64,000 nt of DNA. Source: an uncultured Dehalococcoidia bacterium (lineage in GTDB: Bacteria; Chloroflexota; Dehalococcoidia; Lucifugimonadales; UBA1127). The stretch lies in NCBI GenBank assembly GCA_951812285.1, contig OX638292.1, positions 614,774 through 678,773 of the forward strand, given 5' to 3'. The notes under the pieces are model-generated. The model searched no databases and was not told the DNA's origin. It saw nothing but the letters and a program-made list of their open reading frames with translations. This document shows positions 39,157 to 47,407 of this stretch, in pieces (position 1 is the first letter of the stretch; each line of letters starts with the position of its first letter). Position numbers and translations under genes: made by a program.

Positions 39157-39966
39157 ATGCCTTTCGCGAAGATTAACGGAATAGACATGTTCTATGAGTC
39201 CACAGGGACGGGCCCTGCCGTCGTCCTTGCCCACGGGGTAGGCGGGAATCACGCCATCTGGTGGAAACAGGTCAAGTATTTCTCGCAGTGGTACCGGGTG
39301 ATCAACTTCGACCACCGCGGCTTCGGGATTTCCCACGAAGTCGAGGGCGGCCCCGGCCGCTCGGCGTTCGTGGACGACCTCGAGGCGCTCCTTGACCACC
39401 TCGAGATCGAGAAGGCCTCGCTCGTCGCGCAGTCGATGGGCGGCCGCACCTGCCTCGGCTTCGCAGTCAAGCGCCCCGAGCGCGTGCAGGCGCTCGTGAT
39501 GGCTGCGACCACCGGCTTCTTCGAGTCGACCGGCGCCCTCGCCGCACGGCAGGAGGAGGTCCGCAAGGCGACCGACGCCATGGCGCAGGCCGAACGCGTC
39601 CTCTCGCCCAGCTTCCGTGAGCGCGACCCCGTCGCGACGGAGCTCTACCTCAAGATCAGCGGCTTCAACCCGTCGACGCAGGCGCGGCTCCGCGGCGCGA
39701 CCATGTCCCAGGTCTCCGGCCCCAGCGTCGCCGACATCACCGAAGCCGACCTGGCCCGCGTCACGATGCCCACGCGCTTCATCGGCGGTGAGGACGACGT
39801 GCTGCAGCCCCCGGACGTGCTCGAGATGTGCTGCGCCCTCTTCCCCAATGCCTCGCTCATTGAGGTGCCGCAGTGCGGGCACTCCATGTATTTCGAGAAG
39901 CCGGACGTCTTCAACTTCCTCGTGCACCGCTTCCTCAAGGACTGCGGACTCGGCAACGGTGAGTAG
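39157..39966 (+). CDS. Alpha/beta-fold hydrolase
   Basis: 269 aa. HGVGGN oxyanion region, nucleophile elbow AQSMGG, C-terminal CGHSMYFEKP. Confidence 0.85.
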   Translation: MPFAKINGIDMFYESTGTGPAVVLAHGVGGNHAIWWKQVKYFSQWYRVINFDHRGFGISHEVEGGPGRSAFVDDLEALLDHLEIEKASLVAQSMGGRTCLGFAVKRPERVQALVMAATTGFFESTGALAARQEEVRKATDAMAQAERVLSPSFRERDPVATELYLKISGFNPSTQARLRGATMSQVSGPSVADITEADLARVTMPTRFIGGEDDVLQPPDVLEMCCALFPNASLIEVPQCGHSMYFEKPDVFNFLVHRFLKDCGLGNGE

Positions 39967-39974
39967 CCCCGGCG

Positions 39975-41579
39975 ATGAAGAACGTTGACCTCATTGCCCG
40001 CTCGTTGGAGGCGGCGGGCGTCAAGTGGGTGTTTGGCGTGCCCAGCGGGCCCGTCCTGCCGCTCATCGACGCGCTCGAGCGCACGTCCGTCAGGTACGTC
40101 CTGACCGCGAGCGAGACCTCGGCCGGCTTTATGGCCAGCGCTGTCGGCAGCCTCACGGGAACGCCGGGCGTCTGCCTCTCGACGCTGGGTCCCGGCGCGA
40201 CCAACATGTCGACGGGCGTCGGCTGCGCGTGGCTCGACTGCGCTCCCCTCATCGCCATCACGTGCAACGTGCCGACACGGTGGCTCGAGCGCCGCATCCA
40301 GATGCGCATCGACCACCACTCCCTCTTCGCGTCAATCACGAAGGCCTCGCTCCCCCTGCGTCACGCAAACGTCGCCGATCGCATGGCCGAGGCGCTCGCC
40401 ATCGCGAAGGCCGAGCCCCCTGGCCCCGTCCACCTCGACCTCCCGGAGGACGTCGGCACCGCCGAGGCCCCTGCGAACGCGGCCGCTGCGCCGAACGGAG
40501 CCACAGTCGAGGCAGCCGCCACGGACGCATCCGCCGCCATCGCCACCGTCGCCGACGCCCTCGCCGCGAGCCGGCGCCCCGTCGTCATGACGGGCCTCGG
40601 CTTCACGCGCACCCGCGCCGCAGACGCGCTCCAGGCCTTCGTCGAGCGGCAGGGCATCCCGTTCATCTCCACCATGCACGGCAAGGGCTGGCTGCCGGAG
40701 AGCCACCCCAACTGGGCGGGCGTGCTTGGCCGAGCGCGGCGCACCAACGTGCAGCGCTTCATCAACGGCGCCGACCTCGTCATCGCTATCGGCTACGACC
40801 CGGTCGAGATCAACTACGAGGAGTGGGTCGGCTCCATCCCCGTGGTCCACGTCGCCAACCAGTCCGCCGACGTCGACGGCAGCGTCGACGTACGTTTCAA
40901 CGAGGCCACAGACATGGACGAGGCCCTCCGCGGTATCGCCGCCCTCGCGCCCGCCGCCAACGACTGGTCTGTCGAGGAGTGGGCCACGCACCGCGCCCAG
41001 CTCGACGCCGATCTGCGCCCCGAGACGGCAACCATGAGCGCCCACCGCGTGCTCGACCACCTGCGAGAGAAGCTCCCCGCCGACGCCATCCTCGTCTACG
41101 ACGTCGGCGCGCACACGCACCAGATCGCGACGCAGTGGCGCACGGACCTGCCCAACACCTGCATCTCGACCAACGGCTGGTCGTCTATGGGCTACGGCAT
41201 CCCCGGCGCCATCGCCGCGAAGCTCGCGCACCCCGAACGCCGCGTCGTCGGCGTCGTCGGCGACGGCTGCTTCCAGATGACCGCCGGAGAGCTCGCCGTC
41301 ATGCGGCGGCTGGAGCTGCCGCTGCCCATCGTCGTCCTCAACGACGGCTGGCTGGCGCTCATCAAGCTCAAGCAGCAGGGCAAGACCTACGGCGTAGACG
41401 GCTCATTCCTCGGCGAGCCGCCCTCGACGCCGCCGGAGTACTTCGGCGTCCCAACCCGCGCCGTCCACGACGAGGCCGGGCTGCAGGCCGCGCTCGACTG
41501 GGGCATGTCGCTCGATGGCCCCTCCGTCATCGAGGCCTACATCGACCCGGACTCTTACGCCCGCACCGTGTATGATTGA
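39975..41579 (+). CDS. Thiamine-diphosphate-dependent enzyme (acetolactate synthase-like), third copy in window
   Basis: 534 aa. GDGCFQMTAGELAVMRRLELPLPIVVLNDG. Starts 8 nt after the hydrolase stop. Confidence 0.85.
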   Translation: MKNVDLIARSLEAAGVKWVFGVPSGPVLPLIDALERTSVRYVLTASETSAGFMASAVGSLTGTPGVCLSTLGPGATNMSTGVGCAWLDCAPLIAITCNVPTRWLERRIQMRIDHHSLFASITKASLPLRHANVADRMAEALAIAKAEPPGPVHLDLPEDVGTAEAPANAAAAPNGATVEAAATDASAAIATVADALAASRRPVVMTGLGFTRTRAADALQAFVERQGIPFISTMHGKGWLPESHPNWAGVLGRARRTNVQRFINGADLVIAIGYDPVEINYEEWVGSIPVVHVANQSADVDGSVDVRFNEATDMDEALRGIAALAPAANDWSVEEWATHRAQLDADLRPETATMSAHRVLDHLREKLPADAILVYDVGAHTHQIATQWRTDLPNTCISTNGWSSMGYGIPGAIAAKLAHPERRVVGVVGDGCFQMTAGELAVMRRLELPLPIVVLNDGWLALIKLKQQGKTYGVDGSFLGEPPSTPPEYFGVPTRAVHDEAGLQAALDWGMSLDGPSVIEAYIDPDSYARTVYD

Positions 41580-41631
41580 CGGCGTCCGGCTGAACGCCGG
41601 CGACCCGTCATCTCGACGCTAGGAGCGCCCC

Positions 41632-42282
41632 ATGCAGGTCATCTCCGTAAACGTGTCCTTGCCGAGGATTGAGACCATCGACGGCAAGGAGGTCCCCACC
41701 GCCATCTTCAAGACCTCAGTCGACGGCCCCGTCATGCTGCGCACCCTCGACTTCGATGGCGACGCGCAAGGCGACCCCATCGCCCACGGCGGCCCCGACC
41801 AGGCCGCGTACGTTTACCCCTCGGAGCACTACGCCTACTGGTCGAGGGAGCTCGCCCAGCCCGCGTGGCCGCCCGGCCAGTTCGGCGAGAACCTCACCAT
41901 CGCCGGCGTCTCCGAGGACGACGTGCGCATCGGCGACGAGTTCGCCATAGGCGATGCGGTGGTGATGGTGTCGCAACCGAGGACGCCGTGCTACAAGCTG
42001 GCGCACAAGATGGGCCTGCCGGATTTCGCCAAGCAGTTCCTCGCCAGCGGCCGCATCGGCTTCTACCTCCGCGTCGTCCGCGAGGGCGCAATCCAGGCCG
42101 GCGACGCGGTGGAGCGGGTGAAGTCGGACGCCGACGCCTTCACCGTGCGCGAGGTCTCCTACCTCCGCTACTTCGACCGCGGCAACGTGGACGGCTTCCG
42201 CAGGGCCGCCGAGCTCCCCGCGCTCTCGCAGGGGTGGCGCAACGCCTTCGCGGAGTTGCTCGCCAACTCGACGGCACGGTGA
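41632..42282 (+). CDS. MOSC domain-containing protein (YiiM-like)
   Basis: 216 aa. GDAQGDPIAHGGPDQAAYVY...GENLTIAG...VSQPRTPCYKL. Confidence 0.85.
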   Translation: MQVISVNVSLPRIETIDGKEVPTAIFKTSVDGPVMLRTLDFDGDAQGDPIAHGGPDQAAYVYPSEHYAYWSRELAQPAWPPGQFGENLTIAGVSEDDVRIGDEFAIGDAVVMVSQPRTPCYKLAHKMGLPDFAKQFLASGRIGFYLRVVREGAIQAGDAVERVKSDADAFTVREVSYLRYFDRGNVDGFRRAAELPALSQGWRNAFAELLANSTAR

Positions 42283-42490
42283 TGCCGATAGCCCTGCGTG
42301 CGCTGAAAATAGAGTTTTCCGTAACGGTCAAGGGGTTGAAAAGTAAGAAAGCCACTGGCGCGCCTGCCCTGGGTATGGTATGGTGCAAGGGTGGTGGCCC
42401 GATCCAATGATGCAAAGTGTCAAAGTCAAGCAAGGCCCTCAATGCATCGGTGACCGGTCCGTTCCTATCCTGGAAGAAAGGAGGTTACCG

Positions 42491-42784
42491 ATGGCATTTG
42501 AGGACAAGACGCTCACCTGCGTAGAGTGCGGCGCCGACTTCACCTTTGAAGCTGGCGAGCAAGAGTACTTTGCCATGAAGGGATTCACGAACGAGCCGCG
42601 GCGTTGCCCGAATTGTCGTTCAGCCCGGCGAGCCGCCAGCGGCGGCTACGACCGCGGTCCCCGGCAGATGTACCCGGCTGTCTGCGCGCAGTGCGGCCAG
42701 GACACCATGGTCCCGTTCCTGCCCCGTGGCGATCGCCCCGTCTACTGCAGTGACTGCTTCAGCCAAATTGGCGGGCGGCGCTAG
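42491..42784 (+). CDS. CxxC-x17-CxxC zinc-ribbon protein
   Basis: 97 aa from the ATG at 42491 (SD AAAGGAGG). LTCVECGADFTFEAGEQEYFAMKGFTNEPRRCPNCR and a second ribbon, CAQCGQDTMVPFLPRGDRPVYCSDCF. Confidence 0.8.
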   Translation: MAFEDKTLTCVECGADFTFEAGEQEYFAMKGFTNEPRRCPNCRSARRAASGGYDRGPRQMYPAVCAQCGQDTMVPFLPRGDRPVYCSDCFSQIGGRR

Positions 42785-42802
42785 ACCCGAGCGTATCTGA
42801 GA

Positions 42803-42840
42803 AAGAGGCGGCTGCCGATTCGGCAGCCGCCTCTTCTTTT
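42803..42840. terminator. Bidirectional intrinsic terminator
   Basis: 15-bp perfect stem AAGAGGCGGCTGCCG / CGGCAGCCGCCTCTT with loop ATT, then CTTTT. Confidence 0.8.
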
Positions 42841-42862
42841 GCCCATCACTGGCGCCACTCCC

Positions 42863-44047
42863 CTAGTCCAGCGGCACCTCCGTCACCTGGTGCGCCTGCA
42901 GCGCCGGCAGGACCTCCTTGCCGAAGCGGCGGAGCTGCTCCATGAACATCTCGTTGGGCATCGCGCCGCGGTTGAAGCTCACCAGCAGCGTGCCCGCCCC
43001 GACGGCGTCCGCCGCCGCGATGAGCTTGTCGCGCACCTCGTCGGCGGGCCCCCACGCGAGGTCGCGGTTGTCGGCAAGGTTCTCCATCGTCATGTTCCGG
43101 TAGACCTCGCGGTTGCCGGACATGAACGGCCGGTTATCCGGCTGCACGTAGTCGTACGCGCCCGAGTTCAGATACCCCTGCTCCGTCTGCAGCGAGGCCT
43201 CGGTGATGTTGCCGTGGCTGAAGAGCGTCTGGTTGAAGTAGAGCGTGTATGGCCCCGCCATCTCCAGCGCCTGCTCGCGGCTGTCCGCCACGAAGGCGTT
43301 GGCCGGCATGATGAGGTGCTCCGGCGTGACGCTGAAGCCGCTCTCGCTCAGCTTCCCCGCGTAGTATTTGACGATGTCGCGGCGCACCCCCATGTGCGGC
43401 GAAAGCCCCGGCGTGATGGGGATGTTCTCCCGCGCCGCCCACTCGATGGTCTCCTTGCTGCCCGTCACCGGCGTCCACACCGGCGGGTGCGGCTGCTGGT
43501 ACGGCCTCGGCCAGATGGCGACGTCCCGGTACGTCCAGAAGTCCCCCTCGAAGGAGAATACCTCCTCCGTCCACGCGCGCTTGATAATCTGCCACGCCTC
43601 CTCGAACCGCGGACGCGACTCCCGCATCGGCACCTGGTAGACGTTGTGCTCGCGGGGGATGCCCCGCGCGAACCCGGAGATGAGCCGCCCTCCGGAGAGG
43701 CAGTCCACCATCGAGAGCTCCTCGGCCAGCCGCAGCGGGTCGTGGATGGGCAGCAGGTTGCCGTAGATGAGCAGCTTGAGCCTGCTGGTGCGCTGCGCCG
43801 CAGCCGCGGCCATGATGTTGGGCGAGTTCATCAGGCCGTAGGGCGACGTATGGTGCTCGTTGAAGCCGATGCCGTCGTAGCCCAGTTCGTCCATGAGCTC
43901 CCACGCCTCAAGGTGTTCGGCGTACGTGCGTGCGGCGACCTCCGGGTCGAAGTGCTCCTTGGGCAGCGGCCACGGCAGCTCCGACCCGACGCGAAGGTGA
44001 GACAGGTGCTCGCCGTATGGCAGGAGGTCAAAGGCAAAGACCTTCAT
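42863..44047 (-). CDS. Luciferase-like (LLM) flavin-dependent monooxygenase, third copy
   Basis: 394 aa. FNEHHTSPYGLMNSPNIMAAAAA...LPIHDPLRLAEELSMVDCLSGGRLISGFARG. Confidence 0.85.
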   Translation of the reverse strand: MKVFAFDLLPYGEHLSHLRVGSELPWPLPKEHFDPEVAARTYAEHLEAWELMDELGYDGIGFNEHHTSPYGLMNSPNIMAAAAAQRTSRLKLLIYGNLLPIHDPLRLAEELSMVDCLSGGRLISGFARGIPREHNVYQVPMRESRPRFEEAWQIIKRAWTEEVFSFEGDFWTYRDVAIWPRPYQQPHPPVWTPVTGSKETIEWAARENIPITPGLSPHMGVRRDIVKYYAGKLSESGFSVTPEHLIMPANAFVADSREQALEMAGPYTLYFNQTLFSHGNITEASLQTEQGYLNSGAYDYVQPDNRPFMSGNREVYRNMTMENLADNRDLAWGPADEVRDKLIAAADAVGAGTLLVSFNRGAMPNEMFMEQLRRFGKEVLPALQAHQVTEVPLD

Positions 44048-44194
44048 GGGTTTGGCTCCTCTGGGTTGATTGGCATGCGGGGTGGCAACGTCACAAGTAG
44101 GCTAGGCAGGGAGCGGCAATCAGTCAAGTTACGCAGCGAGGCCCGCCCCACAATTGGGACGGGCCCCGCGTTTCGACGTTTCCAGGGTCTGCCG

Positions 44195-44548
44195 TTACAG
44201 GGCGGCGTCACCCCGCTCGCCTGTGCGCACCCGCGCCAGGTCCGCTACTTGCGTCACGAAGATCTTGCCGTCGCCGATCTCACCCTCGCCGGGGCTCTTG
44301 GCCGCCTCTGTGATGGCGGTGATTACGGCTTCCTTCATGTCGTCGCTCACCACGGTGCGGATGCACGTCTTCTGGACGGCGGACCGGGTGGCAATCTGCC
44401 CCGCCCTGCCGACGAACACTTCCACGCCGCGCTGCCGTCCCTGGCCCGTCACGTTGTAGTAGTAGAACCCAGGGACACCGGCCTCCTCGAGCGCGTGGGT
44501 GACCTGTCCAATCCGCTCCGGCCTGACCAATGCTTCAATACTTATCAT
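44195..44548 (-). CDS. glnK: Nitrogen regulatory protein P-II (GlnK)
   Basis: 117 aa directly downstream of amtB. GQGRQRG T-loop base and IGDGKIFV. The T-loop reads VEVFVGRAGQ, so the canonical Tyr51 appears to be absent. Confidence 0.9.
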   Translation of the reverse strand: MISIEALVRPERIGQVTHALEEAGVPGFYYYNVTGQGRQRGVEVFVGRAGQIATRSAVQKTCIRTVVSDDMKEAVITAITEAAKSPGEGEIGDGKIFVTQVADLARVRTGERGDAAL

Positions 44549-44599
44549 CGCTTCTTTCCCTCTTTGCTGGTTTCGAGCTTGATTCGACAGCCCGCTCGC

Positions 44600-45802
44600 C
44601 TAGTCAGCGCCGTCGCTGACATATCCGCGCTCGCCGTGCATCGCCAGGTCGAGTCCCTGGTCTTCAACCGTCTCCGGCGCCCGCAGGCCCAGTCCTGGAA
44701 TCAGGTCCAGCACCTTCAGGATAATCAATGTGACAACCAGCGAGTAGCCGATGGTGGCGAGGACCGCAATCGCCTGCGTGCCCATGATCTCGGCGTTGCC
44801 CTCGATGAGGCCCGCCGTGCCGCCGATGGCCTCGACTGCGAAGATTCCCGTGGCCAGCGCGCCCCAGAGTCCGCCGACTCCGTGGACTGCCGCCACTTCC
44901 AGGGCGTCGTCAAGGTTGGTCTTCGCGCGCAGCAGCACCGCGAAGTAGCAGAAGATTCCCGCGCCGAAGCCGATGCCGAGCGCCCCCATGACTCCCACGA
45001 AACCGGACGCCGGCGTGATGGCCACGAGGCCCGCAACCGCGCCTGTCGCGACGCCGATTGCGCTCATCCTGCCCGTCTGTATGTGGGAGATAACACCCCA
45101 CGTCAGGGCCGCCGTCGCCGCCGCGATGTTGGTCACGATGAACGCGCTCACCGCAGTCTCGTTGGCCGCCAGGCCTGACCCGGCGTTGAATCCGAACCAC
45201 CCAAACCACAGGATGGCTGCGCCAAGGACCACGTAGGGGACGTTGTGGGGCTCGGGCGCCGGGTTGCGCCGCTTGCCCACCAGGTACGCCGCCGCGATGG
45301 CTGCAACACCCGCGTTGATGTGGACCACCGTGCCGCCCGCGAAGTCCAGTGCGCCCATGCCGAAGATCCAGCCGTTTTCTGCCCATACCCAGTGGCAGAT
45401 CGGCGCGTACACAAGCGTGACCCACAGTACCAGGAAGATGAGGTATGTCGTGAACTTGAACCGCTCTACGATCGCGCCCGTGATAAGGGCCGGGGTGATG
45501 ATGGCGAACATCATCTGGAACGTCGCGAAGAGCAGGGCATCTCCTGTCAGACCTTCCAGCCCAAGCACGGAGAAGTCCCCGATCAATTCGTTCCCGTCTC
45601 CGAATGCCAGGCTGTACCCCCATAACACCCAGACGATGCTCACTACCGCCATGGCCATGAAACTGAACATGATGGTGCTGAGTACGTTCCGGTTGCGAAC
45701 AAGCCCTCCGTAGAAGAAGGCGAGCCCCGGCGTCATGAACAACACCAAGGCACACGCCGTTAGCATCCACGCAGTGTTCCCGCTATCCATGAACCCCTCC
45801 AC
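44600..45802 (-). CDS. amtB: Ammonium transporter (Amt family)
   Basis: 400 aa. MTPGLAFFYGG, DFAGGTVVHINAG, WFGWFGFNAGS, VHGVGGLWGALATG. GTG start at 45802, or ATG 12 nt in. Confidence 0.95.
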   Translation of the reverse strand: MEGFMDSGNTAWMLTACALVLFMTPGLAFFYGGLVRNRNVLSTIMFSFMAMAVVSIVWVLWGYSLAFGDGNELIGDFSVLGLEGLTGDALLFATFQMMFAIITPALITGAIVERFKFTTYLIFLVLWVTLVYAPICHWVWAENGWIFGMGALDFAGGTVVHINAGVAAIAAAYLVGKRRNPAPEPHNVPYVVLGAAILWFGWFGFNAGSGLAANETAVSAFIVTNIAAATAALTWGVISHIQTGRMSAIGVATGAVAGLVAITPASGFVGVMGALGIGFGAGIFCYFAVLLRAKTNLDDALEVAAVHGVGGLWGALATGIFAVEAIGGTAGLIEGNAEIMGTQAIAVLATIGYSLVVTLIILKVLDLIPGLGLRAPETVEDQGLDLAMHGERGYVSDGAD

Positions 45803-45859
45803 TTGCGACCGGCTTGTCTCCGGCCAAATTTAGGTCAACACTTATAATCGCGCGCAGGT

Positions 45860-45886
45860 GTTTCACGCGCATTTCATTCGTGTTAC
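45860..45886 (-). promoter_or_regulatory. GlnR-box-like pentamer array upstream of amtB-glnK
   Basis: Minus strand reads GTAAC-N6-GAAAT-N6-GAAAC (11-nt phasing), about 60 nt upstream of the amtB start. TATAAG lies 13 nt downstream of the last pentamer. Confidence 0.4.
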
Positions 45887-46047
45887 AAAATTGTTAATCC
45901 TTGGTGGGCTTTGCCTGCCCTCCCGTTGGTTGACATTGCCAATCTGGCATAGGTACCATGCCCACAGAGTTTTCCGGCCCATGACCTATGCCTCCGCAGG
46001 CCACTTGCGTCTGTCCGGCTTACTCCATCAAACGAGGGAGGAAACGA

Positions 46048-46917
46048 TTGCGCCCCATTGAATACGTAGCCCCGACTACCGTTGAGGAGGCGGTCGCGGC
46101 CCTTGTGGAAAAGGGCGAGGCCGCGCGCCCCCTGGCGGGAGGCACAGACATCCTGGTCCAGCTTCGAGGCGGCCGGAGAGCCGTCGACCGGATCGTCGAC
46201 GTAAAGAAGATCCCTGAGCTCAACGAGCTCTCCTACGACCCGCAGTCCGGCCTTCGCGTCGGCGCAGCGGTGCCGTGCCACCGCATCTACGAGGACGACG
46301 CCATCGCCGAGGCCTACCCCGGCCTCATGGACGCAGCCACGCTCATCGGCGGCATCCAGATCCAGGGGCGGGCATCACTGGGCGGTAACCTCTGCAACGC
46401 GGCCCCCAGCGGCGACAGCATCCCGGCCCTCATCGCCCACAACGCCATCGCCGAGGTCGCGGGACCCGGCGGCCGCCGCGACGTGCCGGTCGAGGACTTC
46501 TGCACCGCCCCCGGACGCACCGTCCTTGGCCCCGGCGAGTTCCTCGTCGCAATGCGCATGCCGGCCCCGCCGGCCAATTTCGGGGCCAGCTACCTCCGCT
46601 TCATCCCGCGAAACGAGATGGACATCGCCGTCGCGGGCGCGGGCGCGTCCGTCGTCATGGACGGCGACACGGTGACCGAATGCCGTGTCGCCCTCGCCTC
46701 GGTGGCGCCGACACCGGTGTTCGCCGAGGAAGCGGGCGCTGCCCTCGTCGGCAAGGCCCCCTCGGATGAGGCCATCGCCGAGGCCGCGCAGGCCGCACGG
46801 GCCGCCGCCAAGCCAATCTCCGACATGCGGGGCACAGCCGAATATCGCACGCACCTCGTGGGCGTGCTCACCACCCGGGCGTTGCGAAACGCCATTCAGC
46901 GCGCGAAGGAGGCCTAA
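46048..46917 (+). CDS. Molybdenum hydroxylase FAD-binding (medium, CoxM-like) subunit
   Basis: 289 aa from the TTG at 46048 (SD GAGGGAGGAAA). PLAGGTDILVQL and GTAEYRTHLVGVL. Confidence 0.85.
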   Translation: MRPIEYVAPTTVEEAVAALVEKGEAARPLAGGTDILVQLRGGRRAVDRIVDVKKIPELNELSYDPQSGLRVGAAVPCHRIYEDDAIAEAYPGLMDAATLIGGIQIQGRASLGGNLCNAAPSGDSIPALIAHNAIAEVAGPGGRRDVPVEDFCTAPGRTVLGPGEFLVAMRMPAPPANFGASYLRFIPRNEMDIAVAGAGASVVMDGDTVTECRVALASVAPTPVFAEEAGAALVGKAPSDEAIAEAAQAARAAAKPISDMRGTAEYRTHLVGVLTTRALRNAIQRAKEA

Positions 46918-46921
46918 GAAG

Positions 46922-47407
46922 ATGCCATCCGAGAAGATTCACGTCCGGTCCACCGTCAACGGTGAGGCCACCGATTTCCTCTGCGAAGCCAACCAGAGCC
47001 TCCTTGAGGTGCTCCGGGACGTTCTGTTCATGACCGGCACCAAGGAAGGCTGCAACGACGGCAACTGCGGCGCCTGCACCGTCAACCTCGACGGCCGCAT
47101 CGTCGACTCCTGCCTCGTCCTCGGCGTTGAGGCCGACGGCGCCACCGTCGAGACCATCGAGGGCGTCGCCTCGCCCGAGGGCCTGCACCCCATTCAGCAG
47201 GCCTTCCTTGAGAACGCCGCGCTGCAGTGCGGCATCTGCACGCCTGGTTTCATCGTAGCCTCCAAGGCGCTCCTTGAACGCGAGCCGAACCCGTCCGAGT
47301 ACCGCATTCGCCACTGGCTTGCCGGCAACCTCTGCCGGTGCACGGGCTACGACAAGATCGTCAGGGCCGTCGTGGACGCGGCGCAGCAAATGGGAGGAAA
47401 GAGCTAA
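46922..47407 (+). CDS. Molybdenum hydroxylase [2Fe-2S] (small, CoxS-like) subunit
   Basis: 161 aa. GCNDGNCGACTV and CGICTPG...CRCTGY cluster motifs. Confidence 0.9.
   Translation: MPSEKIHVRSTVNGEATDFLCEANQSLLEVLRDVLFMTGTKEGCNDGNCGACTVNLDGRIVDSCLVLGVEADGATVETIEGVASPEGLHPIQQAFLENAALQCGICTPGFIVASKALLEREPNPSEYRIRHWLAGNLCRCTGYDKIVRAVVDAAQQMGGKS

Noticed and set aside
42839-45178. 779-aa plus-strand ORF spanning the LLM, glnK and amtB loci.
   Set aside because: It crosses three well-supported minus-strand genes and two intergenic regions. Its composition is typical of a GC-driven shadow frame.
45930-45963. Promoter for the Mo-hydroxylase operon: sigma-54 type (TGGCAT-N…-TGC) or sigma-70 type (TTGACA).
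   Set aside because: The GG/GC spacing is off by 2 nt for sigma-54. No acceptable -10 lies 16-18 nt from the TTGACA. I left it unannotated.
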